Assembly: GCA_012728235.1 (NCBI GenBank)
Contig: JAAYFL010000016.1
Coordinates: 7,341-71,340 of the forward strand
DNA: 64,000 bases
Source of the DNA: Synergistaceae bacterium
Lineage (GTDB): Bacteria > Synergistota > Synergistia > Synergistales > Synergistaceae
Direction of reading: 5' to 3'
Shown: piece after piece, positions 18,862-27,619 of the stretch
Layout: every line of letters starts with the position of its first letter
How positions within the stretch are numbered: the first letter of the stretch is position 1
The notes under the pieces: model-generated
The model's database searches: none
The model's input: the letters and a program-made list of their open reading frames with translations, nothing else
Told to the model about the DNA's origin: nothing
Position numbers and translations under genes: made by a program

Positions 18862-20427
18862 ATGAAAAAAAACGAAAAACTTTCCGGCATGGTTCGTCAT
18901 GCTATAACTATGATGCTAGGGACTTCATTAAGTCGGATTCTAGGACTTGCCCGAGAAATGTTTACAGCAGCGTTTTTTGGTGCTACAAGACAGTTAGATG
19001 CGTTTTATATAGCTTATACGTTAGCCAACTTATCAAGACAACTATTGGCAGAAGGTGCACTTTCTGCTTCATTTGTCCCTATTTTCTCCAAAACATTATC
19101 TTTTGATGGAAAAGACAAGGCACAAAATTTGGCAAAACAGTCTCTTTCCGTTCTTATTTTTGGAGCGACTCTAGTTATTTTAGTGGGCATATTCTTAGCT
19201 CCCTTACTCGTAAAAATTATGGCCCCAGGATTTGTTGCAGAAGATAGAACTTTAGCCATTGCACTTACAAGATATATGTTTCCATTTTTACTTTTTGTTT
19301 CTATAGGCGCATTGGCAATGGGCATCCTAAACAGTATGGGAAGTTTTTTTGTTCCTGCGATTGCCCCTGCAGTTAGTAATTTTGCCTATATCCTTTTTCT
19401 AATCATTTTTATGAAAAACTTGACGATATGGAATTTAGCCACCGCCGTTTTAATCGGAGGTATATGTCAGATGCTTGTGCAGTGGTACTGGTGTAAGAAA
19501 ATGGGTATAAAGCTGATACCAGCGATGCCACAAAAAAATAATCAAGAATTAAAAAGTATGATGACGTTGTTCTTCCCTTATGCAGCGGGACTTTCTCTAA
19601 ATCAAGTAAATCCTGTAATAAGCCGAATAATGGGTTCTTTCCTAGTTGGTGGTTCGATATCAGTTTTAAACTATGCCGACAGAGTGCTACAACTTCCTTT
19701 AGGTCTTTTTGTGATCGCAATCTCTCAGGCAGTATTACCAATACTCTCAAGACATGATGCCGAAGACACAGAATCTTTTCGTGATTTCATAAGAGATGCA
19801 CTAAGATTTAGCTTATTTGTTGTTCTTCCGGTAGCATTTGGTCTCTTTTTAATTTCTGAAGAAATAATAAATTTGCTTTTTTATAGAGGTGCTTTCTCTT
19901 TATGGGCATGGCACGCAACGTCAGTGTCTCTTGCTATTTATGGTATAGGATTGCCAGGGATGGCATGTAGTACCGTAATTTTGCGAGCCATGTATGCAAG
20001 AAAAATGCCCAAAGGGGCACTTAATGTTACAGCAGTAACAGTATGTGTTAATTTTTGTGCAAGCTTCATTCTTACTTATGTATTAAATTTTGAATATGCG
20101 GGGCTTGCCGCAGCTACAGCAATCGCATTTACGTGTTCCGGGATTTACGGAGCTTGGGCTCTTTCTCGCAACTTAAAGGAAAAACTAGGTGTTTTCACCA
20201 GAGATTGGGTTCTCAAGATGGCAGTTTCAATTATTTTAATGATTTTCACTATTTTAATATTTAAGAAATACTTTAGTTATCCATTGAGCGGCGGACTCGG
20301 ATACAAATCTATTTGGATTGTTTCCGCAATATCTATCGCTTTTATAACATATATGTTGTCTACATTGTCATTGAAATGTACTGAGTGGCAATGGGTTTAC
20401 GATGCAATAAAAAGTGAATCTAAATAA
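18862..20427 (+). CDS. murJ: lipid II flippase MurJ
   Basis: 521 aa polytopic membrane protein. N-terminal SRILGLAREMFTAAFFGATRQLDAFYIAYTLAN is typical of MviN/MurJ. Confidence 0.9.
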   Translation: MKKNEKLSGMVRHAITMMLGTSLSRILGLAREMFTAAFFGATRQLDAFYIAYTLANLSRQLLAEGALSASFVPIFSKTLSFDGKDKAQNLAKQSLSVLIFGATLVILVGIFLAPLLVKIMAPGFVAEDRTLAIALTRYMFPFLLFVSIGALAMGILNSMGSFFVPAIAPAVSNFAYILFLIIFMKNLTIWNLATAVLIGGICQMLVQWYWCKKMGIKLIPAMPQKNNQELKSMMTLFFPYAAGLSLNQVNPVISRIMGSFLVGGSISVLNYADRVLQLPLGLFVIAISQAVLPILSRHDAEDTESFRDFIRDALRFSLFVVLPVAFGLFLISEEIINLLFYRGAFSLWAWHATSVSLAIYGIGLPGMACSTVILRAMYARKMPKGALNVTAVTVCVNFCASFILTYVLNFEYAGLAAATAIAFTCSGIYGAWALSRNLKEKLGVFTRDWVLKMAVSIILMIFTILIFKKYFSYPLSGGLGYKSIWIVSAISIAFITYMLSTLSLKCTEWQWVYDAIKSESK

Positions 20428-20554
20428 AACAGAAACAGTAAAAAAATATTAAACTCAATAAAAGCTTGATGCAACTAAATGATTATTTTAAGTTTGTCAA
20501 AAACAAGAGGTTATTTTTGACATAGATAAGTTTAAACATTGGAGAAATTATATA

Positions 20555-21577
20555 ATGAAAAATAATTTTTTGACGTTAGGTATTGAATCTAGTTGTGACG
20601 ATACAGGAATAGCTATACTAAAAGGACAATATGATGTCATTTTTTCTCTCCTTGCAAGCCAAACCTCTAAGCACTCTCTGTACGGAGGAGTTGTGCCAGA
20701 ATTGGCTTCTAGAATGCACCAAGAATCAATAATTCCCTTACTAAAAGAGGTCCTTTCTAAAGCAGGTATAACAAAACCTTCAAAAGAGATAGATTTAATA
20801 GCGGTAACTGCTGGTCCGGGTTTAATGGGTTCTTTGTTGGTAGGAGTAATGACGGCGAAAGCGCTTTCCCAAGGATGGAATGTTCCTATTGTAGCAGTCA
20901 ATCATTTAGAAGGGCATTTGTTTGCTAATGTTGTGACTAATAAGGATTTAAAACCTCCTTTTCTTTCAGTTATAGTATCTGGAGGACATACAGAAATTAT
21001 TTTGGTAAGAGAATTTGGTAGTTATATATTACTGGGTAGTACCAGAGATGATGCTGCAGGAGAAGCATATGACAAGATATCCAAGGTTCTTGGCCTTGGT
21101 TATCCGGGTGGACCTGCAATAGATGAGCTTGCAAAGACAGGGGACCCTGATCGATATAAACTCCCTATGCCTCTCTCCGATACACAGGATGTTGAATTTA
21201 GTTTTAGTGGTCTTAAAACAGCAACAATTACATTAATACATAAATTGGAAAAAACAGAGGGGAAAATAGATACCAATGATTTATGTGCATCCTTTCAGAA
21301 GGCAGTTGTAGGTTCTATTATTGGTAAATTGCTACTAGCTATTAATAAAACTGGGGTACATAAAGTAGCTATCTCTGGTGGTGTGGCAGCTAATTCAAGA
21401 CTTAGAGAAGATTTACAGAATCTTTTCGAGAAAAATAACTGGGAATTGTATTTGCCGCCGAAAATGGTGTGTACGGATAATGCTATTATGATAGCAGCTG
21501 CAGGATATAACATGTTTGATAGAGGAATTAAAAGTGATTTGTCTTTCTCACCAAATCCATCATGGACAATCTGGTAA
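20555..21577 (+). CDS. tsaD: tRNA N6-adenosine threonylcarbamoyltransferase
   Basis: LGIESSCDDTGIAIL, NHLEGHL and GGVAAN motifs. Confidence 0.95.
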   Translation: MKNNFLTLGIESSCDDTGIAILKGQYDVIFSLLASQTSKHSLYGGVVPELASRMHQESIIPLLKEVLSKAGITKPSKEIDLIAVTAGPGLMGSLLVGVMTAKALSQGWNVPIVAVNHLEGHLFANVVTNKDLKPPFLSVIVSGGHTEIILVREFGSYILLGSTRDDAAGEAYDKISKVLGLGYPGGPAIDELAKTGDPDRYKLPMPLSDTQDVEFSFSGLKTATITLIHKLEKTEGKIDTNDLCASFQKAVVGSIIGKLLLAINKTGVHKVAISGGVAANSRLREDLQNLFEKNNWELYLPPKMVCTDNAIMIAAAGYNMFDRGIKSDLSFSPNPSWTIW

Positions 21578-21657
21578 TACTAATAGGGATTATTAGCAAA
21601 CAAATTTATATGTAGAACAGAGAATAGATAAAATAATTGTATTTTAGGAGGAGTAAA

Positions 21658-22623
21658 ATGAGCTTTAAAAGATATGTACAATCTTTGATTTATAAACCAT
21701 ACAACAAAGTGGATTCGATTGAATTATTAAAGCTTATTGGGAATACACCCCTATATAAGTTGTCCCTAGATACAGAAGGAGCAGAGATATATATAAAACT
21801 TGAAGGGAACAATCCGGGGGGGTCTATAAAGGATAGAGCCGCGTGGGGAATGTTAAGAAGAGCTGAAAGTAGAGGAGAGCTAAAAAGTAATACGTTAATA
21901 GTTGAGCCGACAAGCGGAAATACTGGAATAGGATTAGCTTTACTTGGGAGAGCTCTGGGTCTTAAAGTTATTTTAACGATGCCCGAATCCATGTCAATCG
22001 AACGACGAACAATATTAAAATCCTATGGAGCCGAGATAATCTTAACTCCGGCTGCAGAGGGAATGCAAGGTGCTATTGTAGCGGCGAAGAATATTCTTAA
22101 AACTAAAGAAAATGCCTTAATGCTAGATCAATTTTCAAATCCGGGAAACTCTTGGGCACATGAGAAAACTACAGGGCCAGAAATCATAAATCAAATGCCT
22201 AAAAATAAAAAAATAGCCGCTTTTATATCGGGGTTTGGCACTGGGGGGACAATCTCAGGTGTAGGGAGAGCGTTGCTTAAGAAATATCCAAAAATAGAAA
22301 TTGTGGCAGTAGAGCCAACTTCTAGCCCTTTGGTAACTAAAGGATATTCTGGGCCTCATAAGATTCAAGGAATAGGTGCCAATTTTTTGCCCAAAATATT
22401 AGACGCTAGCATAGTATCGCGCTTTATGACGGTAAATGATGAAGATGCTTTTGATACAGCAAAAATGCTTGCGGTTGAGAAGGGGATTTTTAGTGGAATA
22501 TCTACTGGAGCGAATGTGTGGGCTGCTATTGAAATAGCAAAAAAGTTTTCTAAGAATACAGCAGTAGTAACAATTCAACCCGATAGAGGAGATAAATATT
22601 TAAGTATATACTCTGAAGAATAA
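21658..22623 (+). CDS. cysK: cysteine synthase A (O-acetylserine sulfhydrylase)
   Basis: IGNTPLYKL, NPGGSIKDRAA (PLP lysine), EPTSGNTGIGLA and GTGGTISG motifs. The ATG at 21658 follows AGGAGG. Confidence 0.9.
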   Translation: MSFKRYVQSLIYKPYNKVDSIELLKLIGNTPLYKLSLDTEGAEIYIKLEGNNPGGSIKDRAAWGMLRRAESRGELKSNTLIVEPTSGNTGIGLALLGRALGLKVILTMPESMSIERRTILKSYGAEIILTPAAEGMQGAIVAAKNILKTKENALMLDQFSNPGNSWAHEKTTGPEIINQMPKNKKIAAFISGFGTGGTISGVGRALLKKYPKIEIVAVEPTSSPLVTKGYSGPHKIQGIGANFLPKILDASIVSRFMTVNDEDAFDTAKMLAVEKGIFSGISTGANVWAAIEIAKKFSKNTAVVTIQPDRGDKYLSIYSEE

Positions 22624-22635
22624 AGAGAATAACTA

Positions 22636-22683
22636 AATACATAAGAGGTCTCCTTCGTTTAGGTAAAAGACGTCTTATGTATT
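22636..22683. terminator. convergent-gene hairpin between cysK and purE
   Basis: AATACATAAGAGGTC ... GACGTCTTATGTATT forms a 15-bp stem with one mismatch and an 18-nt loop. The 3' arm touches the purE stop. T-rich sequence follows on the plus strand. Confidence 0.5.
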
Positions 22684-23200
22684 ATTTGTATGAATCTTCG
22701 GGAGCCAAGAGTAGTCCACTTATTTTTTTTCGACTTTGGACAACTTTATTAGCTTCTTTTTTTATCCAATCTTCAATCTTTTCTCTAATTTCTAAATCAC
22801 TTATTGCTAAAATTCTAACAGCCAGTAGACAAGCATTTTTTACTGCATTAAGTCCGACGGAAGCAACTGGTACTCCTGGAGGCATTTGTGTTATTGAAAG
22901 CATGGCATCCAAGCCATCCATAGCCCCTCCCTTTATGGGAACACCTATTACAGGTAGGGTTGTTGCAGCGGCAATTACTCCTGGAAGTGCAGCTGAAAGA
23001 CCGGCTACAGCTATAAGAACTTTTATGCCACGGGATTGAGCATTTTTCGCATAGTTTTGTGCATCTTGTGGTGTTCTGTGAGCAGACGCGATAGCTATTT
23101 CAAAGGGGATGTTAAGATCTTCCAAAACAGAGATGCCATTCTTTACAATCTCTGCATCAGACACAGACCCCATAATTATTCCTATTTTTGCTTCTGTCAT
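22682..23200 (-). CDS. purE: phosphoribosylaminoimidazole carboxylase/mutase PurE (class uncertain)
   Basis: GIIMGSVSD and ASAHRTP motifs. The 70s-loop reads AVAGLSAALPG rather than the class I AGGAAHLPG. Confidence 0.9.
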   Translation of the reverse strand: MTEAKIGIIMGSVSDAEIVKNGISVLEDLNIPFEIAIASAHRTPQDAQNYAKNAQSRGIKVLIAVAGLSAALPGVIAAATTLPVIGVPIKGGAMDGLDAMLSITQMPPGVPVASVGLNAVKNACLLAVRILAISDLEIREKIEDWIKKEANKVVQSRKKISGLLLAPEDSYK

Positions 23201-24477
23201 TTAATTACCCCCTTTAAAGACTTGTCTCCAATATCTTTTCTATAAAAGGCATTCTTAAAAGAGATTGACTCAACGCGCTTATAAGCTAAGTCTCTCGCTT
23301 TTTGAAGTGTTTCTGCTATGCCTACAACAGTCAATACTCTCCCACCAGCTGTGACTAATTTCCCTTCGCTGTCAAGCTTTGTTCCCGCATGATAAACGTA
23401 TGTGGAGGGTATGGAATTAAAAGATTCTATTATTTCAAACCCTTTTTCAAATTGATTTGGATAACCACCGGAAGACATTACAACGCCTAACGCATTTAGT
23501 TTGGGAGTTGGCCAATCAATTTCGTTTAGCTTCCCTTGAGTACAGGCGAGAATAACCTCTCCAAAATCTCCGTCAAAAACAGGAAGGACTACCTGAGCCT
23601 CAGGGTCGCCAAGTCTGACATTATATTCTAAGAGGGAAAGTGAGCCATCAGGAGATACCATAATTCCAGCATAAATTACACCGCAAAATGGGATGGCCTC
23701 TATCTCTAAACCATCGAGAGTAGGCTGAAGGATTTCCTGGGTAACTTTTTTCATAAATTTGTCATCTACCCAAGGAACGGGAGAATAGGCTCCCATACCG
23801 CCAGTATTATCACCTTTATCACCATCTAAAATTCTCTTATGGTCTTGACTTGATGGTAAAACTCGTATTGTTTTACCATCTGTCAAAGCAAGAACCGTAG
23901 CTTCTTGTCCAGGAACGAAATCTTCGATTATTACAACTCTGCCTGCAACTCCAAGTAGAAAGTCTTCGAGCATCATTGCGCAGGTATTCATAGCTTCTTC
24001 GAACGTGTCTAAAAGAAAAGCCCCTTTTCCTGAAGCCAATCCGTCAGCTTTAACTACATATGGTGCAGAACGTTTTTTTAAAGCTTTTCTGCAACTATCA
24101 ATATCAGTACAAAGATCAAAAGAAGAAGTTGGAATTTTATATTTGGCCATAAATTGTTTTGAGTAGGCTTTGCTTCCTTCTAAACGAGCTCCCAACATGC
24201 TGGGGCCCATAACTAGAATGCCAGCTTCTCGTAAAATATCTGCCGTACCAGCTACCAGTGGAGCTTCAGGTCCAACAAAAACCAGCTCAATACCGTTGCT
24301 TTTACATAAAGTTAACATCTCTGCCGGATTACAAGGATCTCCAATATGACATTTGGCAAGTTTCGCTATGCCAGGATTTCCGGGACAACAATGTAGTTCG
24401 GTTGTTATTTTTGATTTTGATAGGGCGTGTATTACTGCGTGTTCGCGACCGCCACCGCCTAATACCATAATTCTCAT
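23197..24477 (-). CDS. purD: phosphoribosylamine-glycine ligase
   Basis: 426 aa with MRIMVLGGGGREHA and an ATP-grasp body. Confidence 0.95.
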   Translation of the reverse strand: MRIMVLGGGGREHAVIHALSKSKITTELHCCPGNPGIAKLAKCHIGDPCNPAEMLTLCKSNGIELVFVGPEAPLVAGTADILREAGILVMGPSMLGARLEGSKAYSKQFMAKYKIPTSSFDLCTDIDSCRKALKKRSAPYVVKADGLASGKGAFLLDTFEEAMNTCAMMLEDFLLGVAGRVVIIEDFVPGQEATVLALTDGKTIRVLPSSQDHKRILDGDKGDNTGGMGAYSPVPWVDDKFMKKVTQEILQPTLDGLEIEAIPFCGVIYAGIMVSPDGSLSLLEYNVRLGDPEAQVVLPVFDGDFGEVILACTQGKLNEIDWPTPKLNALGVVMSSGGYPNQFEKGFEIIESFNSIPSTYVYHAGTKLDSEGKLVTAGGRVLTVVGIAETLQKARDLAYKRVESISFKNAFYRKDIGDKSLKGVIK

Positions 24478-24486
24478 GATTTTACC

Positions 24487-26016
24487 CTAATGCCTAAACG
24501 TACGGGTCCCGCCAATGAACATACTCAGGCCAAGCTCTTCCGCACGCTCCATGACTTCTTTATCTCGTATTGAGCCGCCTGGCTCAATAATAGCTACTAT
24601 GCCAGCTTTTGCTGCGAGTTCAACAGTGTCGGCAAAGGGGAAGAATGCATCCGATGCCAACACAGCGTCTTTGGCTTTCTCTCCTGCAAGATTTAAAGCA
24701 TATGCTGCCGCATCGACTCTGTTCGTAAAACCACCGCCTATTCCGAGAGCAGATCCGTTCTTCACAATAGAAATAGCGTTGCTTTTTGTTATTGCAGCTG
24801 TTTTCCAGGCGAAAAGTAAATCGTCCCAAAGGTCAGGTCTAGGAGTGCCAACCCATGTGCCCATTTCCTCTTGTGGAAAAGCGGGAAGTTTGTCCTCTTG
24901 GATTAGAAATCCTACTCGATTACCAGTAACTTGTAATTTAGGGGTGTATTTGGGGGAAATTTCCAGAACACGAAGATTAGGTTTCTTTTCCTTAAAATAT
25001 TCAATAACCTTGTCTTCAAACGAAGGAGCAGCTACTATTTCAAAGAATGTTTCTGTAATAGCACTTGCGGTCTCCATATCGACAGAACGTGTAAATCCTA
25101 TTATTCCACCGAAAGCGGAGATGGGATCACAATCTAGGGCTTTCCTAAATGCGTCAAGAGAGTTGTTCCCTTTTGCTGTGCCACAGGGAGTTGTATGTTT
25201 TACAATTACACAAGCACAGTTATCTTGAAAAATAGAACAGCCGCGTAACAAAGTGTCTAAATCGAGTAAGTTGTTATAAGAGAGTTCTTTTCCAGAAAAC
25301 TGTTCAAATGGAGACTCCTCAAGAGTGGGAAGGAAATATTCTGCTTTTTGATGTGGATTTTCACCATAACGAAGATTTTGGATTTTGTGTAATGAAATTA
25401 TTTTATTTTCAGAGGGGCCTTCTTCCGCTCCTACTTCTCGAAATAGGCCTTTGTATATAGTTGCATCATAATTTGCGGTAGTAGCAAAAGCTTTTAGTGC
25501 CATTTTCTGATTAAATTCTATAGTAAAACCTTGATTTTTCTTTAATTCTTCAAGAGCGGCGGGATAATCTTCAATATCAGATAAAACTGTTACACTATAA
25601 TAGTTTTTTGCTCCCGCTCTTAAAAGAGAAACACCGCCGATATCTATTTTTTCAATTAGTTCATCTAAATCTGCATTCTTCTTAGCTGTATCTTCGAAGG
25701 GATAAAGAGTGCAAACTACTACATCAATTAAGGGTATTTTATGAGTTTTACGGTCTTCATTATCCTGTGCACAGCCGCGTTTTGCGAGAATGCCTCCCAT
25801 AATTGCAGGATGAAGAGTTTTAACTCTTCCTCCTAATATTGAAGGAAGTCCAGTTAAATCTACGACCTCGGTGACTGATATACCCCCATCCCTAAGATGT
25901 TTAGCAGTACCGGAACTTGAGACTATTTCATATCCATGTGCGACTAATCCCTGAGCTAGTTCAACTATACCCGTTTTATCCCAAACTGAGATAAGGGCCT
26001 TTCTGGTTTCCAGCAT
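24487..26016 (-). CDS. purH: bifunctional AICAR formyltransferase / IMP cyclohydrolase
   Basis: 509 aa. ALISVWDKTG and GRVKTLHP (MGS-like domain) plus the C-terminal AICARFT domain ending GTRTFRH. Confidence 0.95.
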   Translation of the reverse strand: MLETRKALISVWDKTGIVELAQGLVAHGYEIVSSSGTAKHLRDGGISVTEVVDLTGLPSILGGRVKTLHPAIMGGILAKRGCAQDNEDRKTHKIPLIDVVVCTLYPFEDTAKKNADLDELIEKIDIGGVSLLRAGAKNYYSVTVLSDIEDYPAALEELKKNQGFTIEFNQKMALKAFATTANYDATIYKGLFREVGAEEGPSENKIISLHKIQNLRYGENPHQKAEYFLPTLEESPFEQFSGKELSYNNLLDLDTLLRGCSIFQDNCACVIVKHTTPCGTAKGNNSLDAFRKALDCDPISAFGGIIGFTRSVDMETASAITETFFEIVAAPSFEDKVIEYFKEKKPNLRVLEISPKYTPKLQVTGNRVGFLIQEDKLPAFPQEEMGTWVGTPRPDLWDDLLFAWKTAAITKSNAISIVKNGSALGIGGGFTNRVDAAAYALNLAGEKAKDAVLASDAFFPFADTVELAAKAGIVAIIEPGGSIRDKEVMERAEELGLSMFIGGTRTFRH

Positions 26017-26033
26017 GTGCTATTCCTCCGATA

Positions 26034-26618
26034 TTATTTATTTTTTTTATTCTCAGCAAAGAGTTTTTTTAGCGTTGATTTGTAGAGCATGTGTTCCGTC
26101 TGATGTATACGTTCTTCAAATAACTCTATTGTATCATTAGGTAGTCTTAATACTTTTTCTTGCGCTAGTATGGGGCCTGTATCAACGCCTTCATCAACGA
26201 TATGTATGGTGACACCTGAAACCTTTATGCCGGAATTCCACGCATCCTCTATACCATGAGCTCCAGGAAATAAGGGTAGAAGAGATGGATGTATATTGAT
26301 TATTTTTCCGGTAAAACGCTTAACGAACGCAGGAGATAATACTCGCATAAATCCTGCAAGGATAATCCACTCAGAGTTGGTTTTTATAATCTTTTCAATA
26401 ATTTCTTTTTCTGCCTTCTCACGCTCTAAACTTTTATAGTTAAACACACAAGTGTCTATTCCATAAGAAGCAGCAGTCTGTAGCCCCTTAGCACTGGATG
26501 AACTGCTTCCTACAAAAGTTACTTCTGCTTTTAATTCTCCTGTTTTACATGCTTTTACGATGCTTTCCATATTAGATCCCGTTCCTGAAATAAGGATGGC
26601 TATCTTTGGAAACGTCAT
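26034..26618 (-). CDS. purN: phosphoribosylglycinamide formyltransferase
   Basis: ILISGTGSN, INIHPSLLP and VHIVDEGVDTGPI motifs. Confidence 0.9.
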   Translation of the reverse strand: MTFPKIAILISGTGSNMESIVKACKTGELKAEVTFVGSSSSSAKGLQTAASYGIDTCVFNYKSLEREKAEKEIIEKIIKTNSEWIILAGFMRVLSPAFVKRFTGKIINIHPSLLPLFPGAHGIEDAWNSGIKVSGVTIHIVDEGVDTGPILAQEKVLRLPNDTIELFEERIHQTEHMLYKSTLKKLFAENKKNK

Positions 26619-27619
26619 TTTTTAACTACCTTACCAATGATAATGGGCTTTTCTCCAACTTTTGAAAGTACTTCAGCTATTTCATCAAAATCCCCTATAT
26701 TGAGAACAAAAATATAGCCTATACCTAAATTAAATACCTTTCTCATCTCATCTTCGTCAATTCCCGCACTCTGTATGAGATCGAAAATTCTCGGTCTTTT
26801 CCAAGAGCTAAAGTCTATATCAGCATCAAGTCCTTCGGGTAATATACGAATAATATTCGAATACATGCCTCCTCCGGTAATATGTGCCATTCCTTTTATT
26901 TTCCCTGTTTTTATCACTTTGGAAGCAGCTCTAACATAGAGTTTTGTCGGTTTCATAACTGCTTCACCTATAGTTTCTTCCCAATTTTCTGGTTTTGTAT
27001 TGAGGTCTACGTTGAGTCCGTTTTTACCAAGAGCGGTTCTTATCAAGCTATAACCATTACTATGTGCTCCGGAACTGCTTAATCCTACAATAATGTTGCC
27101 CTTTTCAATTTTTTCCCCATCAATAATTTTATCTTGGTCTACTAACCCTACGGAGAATCCAGCGAGATCAAATCCGTCTTGACTGTATACTCCTGGCATT
27201 TCAGCAGTTTCTCCTCCTAAGAGAGCACAGCCACTTTCATCGCAAGCATCAAGTACTCCCTCAACTATTTCTTTTAAAACGTTTATATTCAATTTCCCGC
27301 ATGCTATGTAATCTAGGAAAAAGAGTGGGCGTGCTCCGATTGTAACTAAATCGTTGACGTTCATAGCTACTAAGTCCTGTCCGAGTTGTCTATAGGAATC
27401 GGTTTCTTTTGCGAATTCCAGTTTTGTTCCAACTCCATCGCAACAAGACGCAATACATTGTCCAGCACCAATATTGTAGAGACCAACAAATCCTCCTACT
27501 GTTCCAAGTAAGTTTTCGGATTTAGGACGTTTTTTTAATAAATCTTTGATTACATTAACCCAAGCGTCACCAGTTGAGATACTTACTCCAGAATCTTCGT
27601 AGCTTAATTTTTTATTCAT
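26615..27619 (-). CDS. purM: phosphoribosylformylglycinamidine cyclo-ligase
   Basis: CDGVGTKL, DYIA, GGETAEMPG and MAHITGGG motifs. Confidence 0.95.
   Translation of the reverse strand: MNKKLSYEDSGVSISTGDAWVNVIKDLLKKRPKSENLLGTVGGFVGLYNIGAGQCIASCCDGVGTKLEFAKETDSYRQLGQDLVAMNVNDLVTIGARPLFFLDYIACGKLNINVLKEIVEGVLDACDESGCALLGGETAEMPGVYSQDGFDLAGFSVGLVDQDKIIDGEKIEKGNIIVGLSSSGAHSNGYSLIRTALGKNGLNVDLNTKPENWEETIGEAVMKPTKLYVRAASKVIKTGKIKGMAHITGGGMYSNIIRILPEGLDADIDFSSWKRPRIFDLIQSAGIDEDEMRKVFNLGIGYIFVLNIGDFDEIAEVLSKVGEKPIIIGKVVKK

Noticed and set aside
24515-25228. A 237-aa ORF antisense to purH. Similar long antisense ORFs occur at 22677-23039 (purE), 2680-3201 (ackA), 37057-37497 (malic enzyme), 43986-44453 (selA), 59658-60176 (gatA) and 30147-30494 (purL).
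   Set aside because: All lie fully inside strongly supported genes on the opposite strand. Their composition is Ser/Ala/Pro/Ile-rich and low-complexity, as expected of shadow frames. None has a convincing RBS, and their translations show no recognisable motifs.
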